DNA of 63,281 nt. It comes from Girardia tigrina (Eukaryota). The DNA is taken from the NCBI GenBank assembly GCA_001938485.1, contig MQRK01168095.1, positions 1 to 63,281 of the forward strand, read 5' to 3'. This document shows, piece after piece, positions 1 to 12,699 of this stretch (position 1 is its first letter; each line of letters starts with the position of its first letter). The notes under the pieces are model-generated. The model ran no database searches and was not told the DNA's origin. It worked only from the letters and a program-made list of their open reading frames with translations. The position numbers were made by a program, and so were the translations under genes.

Positions 1-469
1 CCGCATCGCATATGATGTGTAACGAAGGTCATCATGAACCACCCGCCGGATAGTAGCTTCGTCAACCTGCAGTTCCCTGCCCAGTGACCTCATCGACTTC
101 CCAGGGTTCTCATCGATGATAGATTGGACTCGGCTTACAAATTCTTCATTTCTGATACTGTTTGAACGTCTACAAACTTGTTTCCGTTGTGAAGCTTCAG
201 CCCCATCACCCTTCGCAGCTCCTAATTCTGTACGAACTTTAAAAACAAAAGACCGGGCGACTTTCAAAAATGTAGCAATTTCTGAATCGGTGTGTCCTGC
301 AGCTAATGANNNNNNNNNNNNNNNNNNNNNNNNNNNNNNNNNNNNNNNNNNNNNNNNNNGTAAGAGTAGCTTCTGCCATGTCTACCAGCAAAAATAAAAT
401 TATGTAATTATAACACACAAAAAGATATGGTGTCTATATTACGTGTTCTCAAATAGCTGCCGCACCCTG
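1..469 (-). mobile_element. 5' part of a Tc1/mariner transposon (maT/DD37D-like), running off the window edge
   Basis: Minus strand 308->1 reads open as an HTH region (SLAAGHTDSEIATFLKVARSFV...IIDENPGKSMRSLGRELQVDEATIRRVVHDDL). Terminus CAGGGTGCGGCAGC at 469 is preceded by TA (470-471). Confidence 0.75.
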
Positions 470-478
470 TATAATATA

Positions 479-510
479 CTAGTAAAAAACCCGGGTTTTT
501 TACGGGCGAG
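479..510 (-). mobile_element. Possible Helitron-like 3' terminus
   Basis: Minus strand reads GCCCGTAAAAAACCCGGGTTTTTTA-CTAG-T, a hairpin/palindrome followed by CTAG|T. No matching 5' end found. Confidence 0.35.
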
Positions 511-1182
511 CTGAATTTTCGTCTTTGAAAGTTTATATTTTAATTTTTAAATTGTAATTTTAATTATTATAATTTATTATATTATTTCGATTAGAATATA
601 TGGCTAAAAATTTTCGGTACATCACGTTTGGCCTTCACGGTTTAGCCTCTGTCTGTTTGGCTTCCAATAAAAATTTAATCATTTTGTATAAATATTTTTT
701 TGTGTATTATTTATACCAATTCTAATCGATAACACACAAAAACGATTCCGACACGAATACATATAATATTTAAAAATTCAAAATAATTTTCTAGAATTAA
801 ATTATAATCATTTATTAAAAAATTATTAAATATAGCTAAAAAAAATTTAAATAAAGGATTTTTTCAAAACAAAACTTAAGAATTATTTTAAAATTATAAA
901 ACATTTACTGAAAGAAGTTATTAAACAAATTATTATTTTCCATTAATCAATATTCTTAAACTAGTGAGGAACCATCAACAAATACACCCAAAATAATTAT
1001 AAAATAATCAAAAATGTAAAATAAAAACATCAATTTTTTTAAATGTTCTTATTTTTTTAGTTATATTTAATAATTTTTTAATAAATGATTTTAATTAACT
1101 TAAATCATTAATTAAATGATTTAAACTTTGATATCATTAACTTTGATAATATTTGAAATAGGCCCCATCTAATAACATTAAT

Positions 1183-1531
1183 GTCAAAAAGGGGGAAAGA
1201 GTAATATTGCTGAGCATAAAATAACGTGTAAATGTAATATGAGCATAAATGATTTTAAGATTTTGTGCAAGCATTTTAAAAATTATTGGGAGAGAGTGTC
1301 ATGTGAAGCATTGTTGATAAAATCATGTGATCCTAAAATCAATGTTCAAACAACACTCTCAACTAATTTGTTAAGAGTTTTCGATTAGACTTACGTAAGT
1401 GATTGCATAATCATTCATTTTCTTATATAAAAGCAATAAAAAAGAACATAATCAGTGATCTGATGATGACGGTTAAATCGTCGAAATATATTATCCTAAA
1501 ATATATTTTTAAATGGCGTTTATTTGTTTAT
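1183..1531 (+). mobile_element. Penelope-like element 3' fragment (GIY-YIG C-terminus plus pseudo-LTR), family A
   Basis: Encodes KSNIAEHKITCKCNMSINDFKILCKHFKNYWERVSCEALLIKSCDPKINVQ...RVFD*. Nearly identical to the inverted arm at 39409-39760. Confidence 0.9.
1454..1497 (+). ncRNA. Minimal type I hammerhead ribozyme in PLE pseudo-LTR
   Basis: AGUGAU-CUGAUGA-U-GACGG(UUAAA)UCGUC-GAAA-UAUAUU-AUCCU: full core, stem II, palindromic AUAUAU helix III, helix I GAU/AUC, predicted AUU cleavage triplet. Confidence 0.8.
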
Positions 1532-1801
1532 ATAAATTATAAGTAGTTTATATTATTTTTTTATTGTTTTTTTATATTATTTTTTTAATTTAAACTTTTT
1601 TGGCAAAGTAGAGTTCTGTCTACATAAAGAATGGATATAAAAAATTTAATTTTTTGATTTACTAATTTACTATCTGACCACTTTGTTCGACAATAAAGAC
1701 TAAATGTTTCTTTATCCGCCCGTTAGGTGTTAATTATAAATAAAAATTATTTAATTATAAAAATAATTGTGCTATTGAATTGGTTTAAATTTTTCGTTCA
1801 G

Positions 1802-2073
1802 ATATTAAAAATCGCAACGATGGATGTTTCAGAAGAAAAAGATATTTCTGTATCGATTCTTTGAACGGATATTTTATCCATTTTTCGAATGTAGTTCGAA
1901 TTTACGACAGAGAGGTTATTTTTTATTGCTTTTTCAATATTATAGATATCATATAATCATATAAATATATAGTTTTTACGATAATTTTTATTCAGACAGC
2001 TCAATTTAAAGAGCTAAATGACATTTTGAGTCGTACCCTTGATCCTACCATTAACAGAAATTATAAAAAATAA
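1802..2073 (+). CDS. Two putative terminal exons (1802-1914, 1996-2073) of an unidentified gene
   Basis: ttcag acceptors and a GT donor join in phase into an open frame ending TAA. No recognisable domain. Confidence 0.3.
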
Positions 2074-4004
2074 TAATGATCTTTACATTTTGTTATCTAT
2101 TAAATGGAAGATTGTATTTTAATTTATCAATAAATTATCTCTTTTATTGTTTTTTATATTTGTGTATATTTATTATACTAATGTGAAATACATTTGGATG
2201 TATTTTCTTTAATAAAATATGCACATAACCTATATTAATTTAATAAAAATAATATATTGTAACTCTTTTAATTTGACTAAATAATAACTAAGTAATTTTA
2301 ACTATTAATACATAAAATACTTATTTCTTATTTAACATTAAACCTCCTCGTTTTCGACATCTTTAGCGATTGATTCAATTAAGTCGTCCTCAGAACCACA
2401 AACATCGGATCCTATCTTTTATTTCCATAAATAAATTAACTTTAAATAAAGTTCTGTTTTAAAATCTTACATTTTTTACAGTCTAGATTTTTTTGCGAAA
2501 ACAAATCATTTATCAATCCATTAATAATTCATTTATAACCAGGTTACTGCTCTACTTAAGTGCTGCAGTAAAAGGAGAATGGAATATGCTACTATACATC
2601 ACGGACTCGATAAATTGGGTCATGTAACAAGAGGAAGATTAAAGGCAAAAACTGCAGTCACAGTAAATAATTCAGATATACTCTAAGAATATTATAAAAA
2701 AGGATACAATATTCCTTTTCAAATAATTATAGAAGCGAAATATTCATTCTAATAGAAAATTACAATCTTATATCAATCTTTCTAATTGCTTGCGGCACTA
2801 TTAAAAGGTGTTCTACCTGTATGACTATACTCCTATAAGGGTAATTCTTGTCTGAGAAAAGAAATATGTCTAAAGTTTTGTAATCTTAATAAAATTTAAT
2901 AAGTTATGTTAATTATTTAATATTTTATCATTGTTTATTTGCAATTTCCCATTACTAAAACTATATAATGAATACAGTAGTTATTATTTAAAGTTGTTTC
3001 ATAAAGTTAATTACACTTTTCTGAACTGAAGAATATAAAAGCAAAACACAATACAGTCGAACCCCGCTTTAACGAACCCCATTTTAACGAAAACCTCGAT
3101 TTAACGAACGTTACCTGCATATTTTTCCAAGTCAAAACCCCGCCTTAATGAAAATTCACCAATGATACACTAGTTCTCTTTTATTTTTTATATGCAAATT
3201 AATAAAATTCATTAATCCTATTTTGTTTAAATATTTTAAACTGATAGTTTATTTAAATTTTTAAACTAAAATTTAGTGAAATGACATTCAGTTTTTAATG
3301 CTCGATTGACCAACATTTTAGGTGAATTTATTTAAGATAATTTTAATGGTAAATTTATGAGCTGTTGAGAGGTTTCACTTAAGCTCTATTTTAATTCTAT
3401 AAACCTAATTATGAAATAAACATATCAAATTAATATTTTTAATTCTACTTCCAAAAACGATTTTTCCTTCATTTTTGTTTAGATTTGTAATTTTTACTTG
3501 TCCTTCATTTAACACATCAACAACACAAAATTGATCATTGTAGTTCAATCCATCAAATATCCGCATTTTGTAATTGGATTACGAGTTTCAACAAAACCAA
3601 ATCATTAATGGTAAATTTTCTCATATAAACTTGAAGATTTTTTTCATTGGGAAAAAATATTTTTTGCGAATTTCTTCGTCAATCAAATAAGGAGACGAAG
3701 AATTAATGTTTTCCATGGATTCAACTGTATTTTCAACTGTATTCACGGGTGGTGCTGTCTTCTCAGTTTTCTGAACTGGAATAATTTAAATTACAGCGCT
3801 GAGAATTCACGATTTCGGAGCTCTGTTCGATTTCTTTCGAGTATTCGGCCTCATTCACGATTAAATTTAAATATTCTGAACGGGAATTAAAGGTTTTTTG
3901 GCGGACTCTAAAGGTTTTGAATGGAATTTTTCTTGTTCCCTATGAACTTCTGAGTTGATTTGCAAATTAATAAAATCTATCAAATAAATTAGTTTTTCAC
4001 CAAT

Positions 4005-4183
4005 AATGTCAGCCTGTTTTTTCTTTACCATGAAGGGACTTTGCTAATCGATTAATTAGCGTTTGATTTGTCCCTTCAATCTGCCCTTGCGATTTTGGAA
4101 CATTCCAGTTGTCATACAGGGCTTTTAAGTGGGAGTTTATAAACTATTTCCCATTGTTACTTTGAACAATAGAGTTTGCATTG
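4005..4183 (-). pseudogene. Retroviral-type integrase core fragment (Ginger/KRBA2/SCAND3-like)
   Basis: Minus strand reads IVQSNNGK*FINSHLKALYDNWNVPKSQGQIEGTNQTLINRLAK, resembling the QSDNG.EF and PQSQG..ER.N motifs. Confidence 0.5.
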
Positions 4184-4640
4184 AATTTCTAACCTAAAAA
4201 TTAATAAATTATTTTTCAATTGAAAATTTTTACTTTTTCTGAATTTTAGCACCAAAGTGTCATTTAAAAGTTCTACTGTTTCCATTAAGCAGAAGATTGA
4301 TTTGATTAATGATGCGAAAAATAATCACTTGCACAACGGTCAATTGACTATGAATTATAATCTTCCCACGAGTAGTGTAAAATCTTGAAAATGAAAGATA
4401 AAATTAAAGACGATTGGCACGCCACTGCAGCAGGTTCAACAAGAAAGCATCTAACATCGATGGTACCTCTGGATAAAGGCCTCTCAATGTATTTTAATCA
4501 ACAGTGAACCATGAATGTGCCAATTAGTACCCTTTATTGTCAGAGAAGCCCCGGCAAATTGCTCTGGAATTCGACATGGAAGCTTTAAAGCCAGTAACGG
4601 TTTCATTGACCTTTTTAAAGAGACATTGTATAGTCTTTAA

Positions 4641-4872
4641 CCCTTTCTCTCGCAGTGTTGTTTTACAAGAACATTAAGTTAACATGTTATTTTTAATTAC
4701 ACATCAAGCGTGAAAACATAAAATTAATTCATTCAAGTTTCCCTAAATCAATATAAATATTCGCAATGTTGTTGTAACACAACACTTAAATAAATAGCGG
4801 AATTTCTGTTGCTTAAAATTTATCAGCTAATAAACTCAATGTTGTTGTAAAACAACACTGAGAGAGAAAGGG
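4641..4872. mobile_element. piggyBac-type MITE (232 bp) inserted in the pogo transposase
   Basis: TTAA TSD (4637-4640, 4873-4876) and TIR CCCTTTCTCTC[G/T]CAGTGTTGTTTTACAA. Removing it restores the reading IVFKAVQGE. Confidence 0.9.
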
Positions 4873-5702
4873 TTAAAGCTGTTCAAGGAGAAGCAGGGGC
4901 CGCAGATGAATATGCGGTTTATCGATAGAAAACAATTATTCTTCCTTCTTTACTTCAGCGTTATTCTGCTGCATATGTGTACAATTCTGACGAATCGGCT
5001 CTTTTTTGAAGAATGCATGCCATATAAGACAATAGCCTTCCAAGGAGGTAAGAGGTACTACAGCTTTTAGATGAACTATAGAAGCGCCCTGATGAAGCGC
5101 CTTCTTCTTCATATTGAATTGAAGACACCATTGACAGAATTCCTCGTCAGTATTTTATATGCTATTATTCTCGCAGCAAAAGCATGAGAAAGCGTCAGTT
5201 CAGTCACTGTCACTATTTTTTTTTTGAAACGTCGGATTTCAACAAGAAATAATCATTGTTCTGCAGAATTTATTGAGCCACAGGAAAATTTGGTTTAAAT
5301 AAAGCTCATCTGGGAAGTTTTAAGGCAAGAATTTGGTTTCACCTTCGGTTTAACGTCATCTATTGAAGAATTTGTTAACATCGATGAAGACATTGCAACG
5401 GAAGGAATTCTTACTGATGAAGAGATTCTTAAACAAGCTCGAAGTGAGCATGAAGAAGGAAAAGAAGAAACAAATGAGTCTCTCTAACCACAAACAGGAT
5501 CACTATTTGAAACAATCGCTGGTCCATCAGTATTGCAATGAACAAGGAATTTTCGAAAAGCTTTCGGTCGATACTGGATAGTTTTTTTGTGTCTTGATTA
5601 ACGAAATATTTTTCAAATAAGTATATGGAATTTTATTGCTTAAATTCTAAAAATGAATAATAAATAAAATTGGGATGCATCAGCAATTACAGTCGAACCC
5701 CA

Positions 5703-6143
5703 TGCGAGGAATACTTTCAATGTTTGATGTTTTGAGTTTGAATGTTGTATGTTGATTTGGGATTGTGCCTCTCCTACCCAGATGGATGATTAATATTTTA
5801 ATTCTTATTATCTAAAAATATGTAATGTTTAAATTTATTTCTAATTTAAAATAATTTTAAAATATTAAATAAGTTAATTAATTTTATTTACAATAAATAA
5901 GATTAAATAAGATTTAAATAAGATTAATTCTTAAATAAATAAATTGAATTAATCATTTTTAAATAATTAATATTCATTTAAATTTTAACCAAAAAAATTT
6001 TGAATAAATTTGGAATTTTTACAATTTATCTAATTCTCCATTTTCTAAGATAATAAGATTAAAGTCATTAATCAATTGTCTTGAGGACAATCAAACTTAT
6101 TGTGTTAATAATAATATTAGAAGTCAAATTGGTGTTCATAATA
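5703..6143 (+). mobile_element. Solo LTR of the TGTGAGG...CCCAGATGG Gypsy family
   Basis: Homologous to 60012-60446. 5-bp TSD CCCCA/CCCCT. Inserted in the pogo 3' subterminal region. Confidence 0.75.
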
Positions 6144-6242
6144 CCCCTTTTTAACGAATATTTTCTCGACCCCCGTATTTTTCGTTAAACCGGGGTTTGA
6201 TTGTAGTTGTGAAAATTATTTTCACATAATGTTTTTATAATA

Positions 6243-7394
6243 CCGTGTTTCCCGAAAGTAAGACAGTGTCTTACTTTCTTTTTATCCCTAAAAGCCCCAC
6301 TATGTCTTACTTTCGGGGTATGTCTTATATTGGGAAAAAAATGTCGAATTTTTTGTTTTAACTATAAAATTAACATTTATTAACAATCTGAATAGTATTG
6401 TATTCACCACAAAACAGGTTAATAAAAGGAAGTGCCAAGAATGTCTTGTTACAACATTGCATAACATGTAAAACAATGAAAAATGGTAAGAACGAACAGT
6501 GGAATACTGGAAGATAAAACAGATTTATTTCATGACAACCATGTCATCATTCTCTGGGATATCATCATAAACATCCGCACTCTTAGGTTCCTGTGATTTT
6601 TTTTGGGACTCTCGGGACGACATTTCTTGCCGAATCATTGGCCCATATTTCTCATGGGTAGCAACGGCACTGTCCTGAAATGAGCAGGCTTTGTCCAGGT
6701 AGCCAGCTCTCAGTGCATTTGCAATGCAGGTGTTAGTGATATTATTCCAAGAATTCTTTACCCAGTTAACAATCTCTGGCAGTCTGGGCTTCACAAAGTT
6801 CCCACGTACATTTCTCTCCATTCGGTTTTCAATGTAGTCATTGATTTCCACACGCAGATAGTCCTTGAACGGCTTGTTAATGGCGATATCGAGAGTCTGA
6901 AGATAAGCCGTCATCCCTGCAGGAATCATGATTTGGTCAATTCTCAGCTTATGAAGGAAGTTTTTCATGGTTTTAGCGTGGTGTGTGCTGGCTGCATCCC
7001 AGATTAGCATCCCCTCTCATCTTGCGGTTACAATAAAAGCTGCAGAGAATCTCTACACACACCCCCTCCCCCTCCTTGGTCTCTCTCTGTATGACCAGCA
7101 CTGACCTTTTTCCGGGAGGACACAGAGCCAGTGACACCTGTCGGCAGACTGATCAAAACGGCGCTGTCTCTTCAGTCAGAAGGGGAGGGCACTGGCCTGG
7201 CAACCCCCCCAGGGTGCGACCCGCACCCCCAGCCCCACTCTTTGTACCGCACGTCACTGGAGGCAAATCCCCCCGTGTTTCCCTGAAAGTAAGACATATG
7301 TCTTACTTTCGGGGTACGGTTTATATTAGCTGACCCTTCTGAAACTCCCGATACGTCTTACAATCGGGGGTGTCTTACTATCGGGGAAACACGG
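6243..7394 (-). mobile_element. Internally deleted pogo-superfamily (Passer/Tc2-like) transposon
   Basis: TIRs CCGTGTTTCCC(C)GA[A/T]AGTAAGACA with TA TSDs. Open ORF 6525-7010 encodes the DDE_1 C-terminus (LIWDAASTH...IPAGMTAYLQTLDIAINKPFK). Confidence 0.9.
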
Positions 7395-7645
7395 TAGTAA
7401 CTCTTCAAAAGGAAGTTTTTTCTCACTAAACCATGGAAACAGTTTTTCAAACACGCTCCTTCTATTTTGGATTTCAGTGCATCTTGATTTTTAGCGTATC
7501 GTGTGGTTTCGGCATTGTGTAAATGTACCACTAAATTTATAACTCCGTGATCAGTTGAATATTTTAATTTTTCTTAATTATTTTTTAAGTTTTGATCAAA
7601 TTATTTATATTTTCTATAATTTCTATTAATTTTCATTTTTTTGTG

Positions 7646-8625
7646 GATGGGTAAGGTCTGTGACCGACGTCCGTAAGGCTATTTATGACATTCGTTCCGT
7701 TTGTATCTCTATTAACGAAATCTGTCATTCTCCGGAAAAAGGTTAATGTACATACTGTCTCATTACAAGTCTCACCAACACCACGAGACCATCTTCCGTT
7801 CTGGCGGCAGTGTAACACCACGCAGATAGAAGATTCTATTATCTTCCGAATGTCCAAGGACAATACTCCTCAAAATACAGTATTGATAAGGAGGAAAATG
7901 GACACCACTTACGACTTAAAGATGTCTTCATTTACTGTCCTGCGTATGTTTCGCTATACCAGACTGCTTTAGAAGACGCCAAGAAACCGTTGATTTCTTT
8001 GAAGAATCTGTTAATCAGAGTCTTATTCACCTAGATGCATTTCCTCTAGACATCCACAAACTGGAAAAGGTGCTCTTATCGGATGAATCTTCTTTTCTTC
8101 TCTGCAAATATGAAAGAATAACGTATGTGTGCTGTCTTGAGAGTTATAGATTCAATTCTCGCTATCAACGTTGCACCGTAAAACATATTGGAAACAAGCT
8201 AATTTGTAGGATTGTATCTACCTCAACGGCATCAGCCTCCTCGTCCGCAATCGTGACATCGTGGACTGTTACGCCTAAAGAAATTTCTGAAGACCCATAT
8301 TCTTCACCATACGAGGCGTGTGATGGGTCGTGGTTTGATATTCCAACAAGACAACAACCAAAAGCATATCTCTGCCTTCATCCGGTAGTGGTTCCATCAG
8401 AAAAAACTGTGAATCTCCTAGAATGGCCGACGTAGTCTACTGATCTCAGTTCTAATAAACTCTTCTTGGAGGCGATTGGAACAAAATTTCATAGACTCAA
8501 GGCATCAAATATAGACAAGAAATTCATCCGATTGGAGCAAAAGTGAAAGATATCAACCCACCTACATTCGAAAGCTAAGTGACTCAGTGCGTCAAGATGC
8601 GCAGCTTTCCAAACAAAATATTAGG
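7646..8625 (+). mobile_element. Decayed Tc1 transposase
   Basis: Frameshifted motifs WKRVLLSDES, TVKH.G, FQQDNNQKH and LLEWPT*STDL. Confidence 0.8.
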
Positions 8626-9525
8626 GGATTCTTGTTGATTTCAAACCCTGATTGTTGATTGCAAAACTGTTAATTTGGTAAAAATTAATTTTGATTTTAA
8701 TAAATACATTGAAGCTTTATGCAAAATTGTTTATTGAAAATAATGTGTTATAAAAGAAATTGTGTTTACTTCTCATATATTTGCGTTGGTTTATTGTTTA
8801 TTGGAGTTAGATAATATAATTGAATTGTTTTGAATACCCAACATTTCTAACTATTGCATTAATTAACAAAATAGAAGTATAATATAATTTTATTTGTAAT
8901 GTAATTTTATTCTTATAATTTTAGCCCCTATTATTTAGTTACTGGTTATTTTATCCCCATTTTATTGAGCCCCTTGTATTTTTGTTTCATGTAATATCGC
9001 TTTTCTAATTATATTTAAAAAATAGAAAAACAGAATGAATAATTTAAAATATCCAAAAACTTTTCTGAAAAAGTATTACATTTTTAGTAATATTTTCTTA
9101 GTTATGTATTTATTATCAAATTTATCTTTTCACAAGAAAAAAGAAATATATTTTGCAGTTCATTTATTCAATTGAAAAAAAGCCTTTTCATAATGCAACA
9201 AGTAAGGCGAATCTAGCCCCTCAGGAATGAGAACCCGCGTTTGAATTTCGAATACTCTGAGAAAAGATATTAAAAATTAGGAAATCATCTAAGAATAACT
9301 TAATAATTCATAAAAAATGTGTTTCAATGTTGTAAAATATAATTTTCATAATAAAATATAGATAAATAGAAATTTAATATTTTCCTATTTTAATGAAAAA
9401 GCAAATGATTTTTTCATACTATTATTCAGTATCATTTAATAAATATCACCTTATCACATCTAAAAGATTTTTCACCTTAATCTTTTTTATAAAGCCATAT
9501 TTCCTTTGTAAAGACTGCCGATATA

Positions 9526-10690
9526 TTAGATTGTCATGTATGTAAAAGGTGACCAGGCGTCCCGTTTTTTGCGGGACAGTTCCAATTTTCCACAATTTGT
9601 CCCGCGTCCCGCGACGTTTTTCAAAAATCCCGACTTTTAGAATTATGTTAAATTTTATATATATGAAAATCATTGTTTTGCATTCTAAGAATCCTACGGG
9701 CTATGACGACTAACATATTGATTTTGCTACCCAGTTACATTGTATTTGTCTTTCAGATGATACACTTCGTGTTTTTATTGCATGCTAGCAAACTAATTAA
9801 ACAAATAAATATTACAAATCTGTTACTTACCATAGAAAATTAAAGTGAGTAATTTATTTATATATTTCATAAATACATAAATTTTCTCAAACTTAGCTTA
9901 AAATACTCGTAATCTTCACATTTTATATTGATGACAAAAAGTATATCACAGACCTTAACATTAAAAGAAATATACGAATAATTTTGCAAATATTTGAAGT
10001 CAATCAAACTAATTTCGTTATAAACAACTATAAAATGTGTTCATGTAAATTATGTTTAGTGTAAGGTGACCTTTTGGTGGGAGAGTCCCGATTTTTACAA
10101 TTTGTCCCGCTTTGTCCATCTAAAATTCTGGTCACCTTATATATGAAATGTGTAGGTATGATTACAATGAATTCATATAGGTATAATTTGACAATGATTA
10201 AACATTTTGTTGTTCAGTTTTTGTGCTTGATTGCTACATGTCTTGGCTATTGAAAACATCAATAAAATTAATTAAAATTATTGATAACATGTTTTAATAA
10301 TCAATATTTAAAAAATTGAAAATGCAGAAATTGGAACTATTATGAAGTGAGTTCCTCCGTGTAACCTCAGCATCAGAAACCATGCGAACCACCAATGGTG
10401 TATTCAGATATAATGCTACTACGCAGCAGGCAACCTCAAATTCATTGAGAAAATTTTAAAGGTAATTTTAACCTCAATAATTAGTCTCGGAGTCGCCAAC
10501 GAACACAGGTAGACAATGACGAACTAAAGGTAATTATGGCGTCGGATCCATCACAAAGTGCACATGATTTATCGCTAACGTTTGATGCTACAAAGCAAAC
10601 AATATTGAATCACATGGCTCAAATTGGTAAAGTTAAAAATTTGGATAAGTGGATTCCATATGAGTTGAATGAAAAGCAGAAATAAAAGTG
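9526..10690 (+). mobile_element. Mariner 5' half, with its TIR interrupted by a hAT MITE
   Basis: TA-TTAGATTGTCATGTATG terminus matches the copy at 49966. Transposase N-terminus includes VDNDELKVIMASDPSQSAHDL and KWIPYELNEKQK (WVPHEL-like). Confidence 0.8.
9545..10139. mobile_element. hAT (Blackjack-like) MITE
   Basis: Termini [T/A]AAGGTGACCAG...CTGGTCACCTTA, GTCCCG subterminal repeats, degenerate 8-bp TSD TGTATGTA/TATATGAA. Confidence 0.8.
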
Positions 10691-11249
10691 TTATTAATTA
10701 TGAATAAATATTTCGCAGAAATATTTATTATAAGATTATTGATTATAAATATTCTAAATTGCATATTTTCACAAAAAATAGATATAATTGAAACGTAATT
10801 AGTTAAATCTTTTTCGAGGTTACCGTATGTTTTACGAAGTATTTACTATGTTTTCTCGGAAAATTTAAAGTTGCTGAAAAAAATATTTTCGTTTAAATTA
10901 TATTAAAAGAAGAAAAATCTTTATAACATTCTATCACCATAAAAATAATTATTATTACATTTTATAATTTATTCATGCAATTCATTTGAAATTCTACAAA
11001 TGTTTATAGCTTTCTTATAACCCATATTATTAAAGCTTGTATCTGGATATATCAATACAGTAGCGTCCCTTATTTCGCTTCCCGAACCTTTTATCGTAAT
11101 TACTTCCTTTGTTTTAAGATCGATACGTTTGCACAACTATACTGGATTTGTGTCTGAATGATGTGGTTTTCATAAAAACCATTGTTATCAAAATCTTTGT
11201 CCGAAAAACTGAATGAGACTGTTGAACCAAGAAGTGAATGTCTGAAAAT

Positions 11250-11950
11250 GCTTCAGTCTTGTATTTAGAAAGTAGGCCGTACAATTCATTTTTACTATAA
11301 AGAATTCCCTGAACTGAAGGAAATAAGAAGATGTATAATTAGTGTACATCTGAACAAGTAGCCTCAGTGACAGAGGGGTAGTGGTTGCTATATATGGTCC
11401 TTGGAAAACTCCCATAAAAGTTATAAAATCCAAGAATGGTTGCAGAGGCATATTTTGATTGATCATCGAATAAATTATAATCGTACCTACTAGTACCGTA
11501 AAAGTATAAAAAATCTCAGATAAAAGACGTATATATATATATATATATTGAATCTAATTGTAAATATTGATGTATCAATGTCTGTCGGTACTGATGATGA
11601 GGGCGATCAAGGAGTAATCCCAAACATGGTTTTGGATTTTTGGATAGATAATATAACGGATAGAAAGATAATTTAACTATCCCTTTCCCCATTCCTCTAA
11701 GTGCACGTATGTAGTCAAGGGCTTACTAAACGGCGGTACAAGAGGTCATGATTTGTTTTTAAGGAGCAAACTCAAACGTGCACGTGTCTTGAAGGCCGAC
11801 ACAGTTACATTTACAGCCGTCCGATTAGAAGCCATTGTATTTTAGAGGATTTCACCAGATACAAGGTAGATGATTTACTGCCATATGAGTCAATGTTAAG
11901 TATCGTAGTTTAAAATGTATCCACAGTCATCCATCACTGTTAGGGGAGGC
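11250..11950 (+). pseudogene. Decayed C2H2 zinc-finger coding sequence, copy 1
   Basis: Reads YKEFPELKEIRRCIISVHL, LENSHKSYKIQEWLQRHILIDH and GVIPNMVLDFWIDNITD. Collinear with 22330->21660 and interrupted by a (TA)n tract. Confidence 0.55.
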
Positions 11951-12699
11951 TTATGGCTGTTTCAAATGTCGCAGAATTTATATTTTTAACATTTTCAAGT
12001 TTAATTGAAGAGAAACAGGCCCTGCATTCAAGATATTATGTACACACTAAATATTTCCCATAATTTATTTCAAAAAAGTTTTAATATGAACAACTGAAAT
12101 AAGGTTGAATATTAAACTTGCTGAAAACATGAAACTTCTTGATTGTCTTTTTTACTAAGGAGCATACTGATATATTTCTCTTAATTTTTTGAGAAATCCG
12201 TTTTTTTACAAACGAAGGAAAACCTTATACAAATTAACTTGAATTCTTAGAACTGTACAATATTGGTAATTTTTTTACAAATTAAAGAAATCAGATTTAG
12301 TCGGAACTGATAAATATATTTTTCATAAGTTTTTGTTGTCCCAATGCATCTTATCTGACTTTCTAGCTCTCGTTAATTGAGTAAAAAATGTTTGTGTAAA
12401 AAAATACAATTTCGTAATTTTTTATACTGCATAATAATCTAATAATCTTTTTACAGATTCCTGAACTAATTGAAACCTGAAAAATCTCAATAAATATTTA
12501 TTACAAATTTCATTAACTAAAATTAAAATAAAGATTTATTTTTAAAATCTTAATTTGTTTTATTTATTTAAAAATTTAATATAAAATTTATCAAATTATT
12601 TAAAATTTTGCAATGAAATTTAAAAAAATTTAAAAATTTAAATATTATAAGTAAATTTATATCGAACTAGTTTCTGATTATAAAAATTAAAATATTAAC

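Larger units (their letters stand above)
3054..6203 (+). mobile_element. Decayed pogo/Tigger-like DNA transposon with nested insertions
   Basis: TIRs CAGTCGAACCCCGCTTTAACGAA and CAATCAAACCCCGGTTTAACGAA, flanked by TA. Broken transposase at ~4260-5580 shows CENP-B-type HTH (FKASNGF), IVFKAVQGE and VYNSDESALF motifs. Confidence 0.85.

Noticed and set aside
5089-5120. CTGATGA as a possible hammerhead core
   Set aside because: No stem II or GAAA follows; it lies within pogo remnants.
11591-11630. CTGATGATGAGGG...ATCCCAAAC as a hammerhead
   Set aside because: Lacks GAAA, and the sequence aligns with the zinc-finger pseudogene linker (GVIPNMV).
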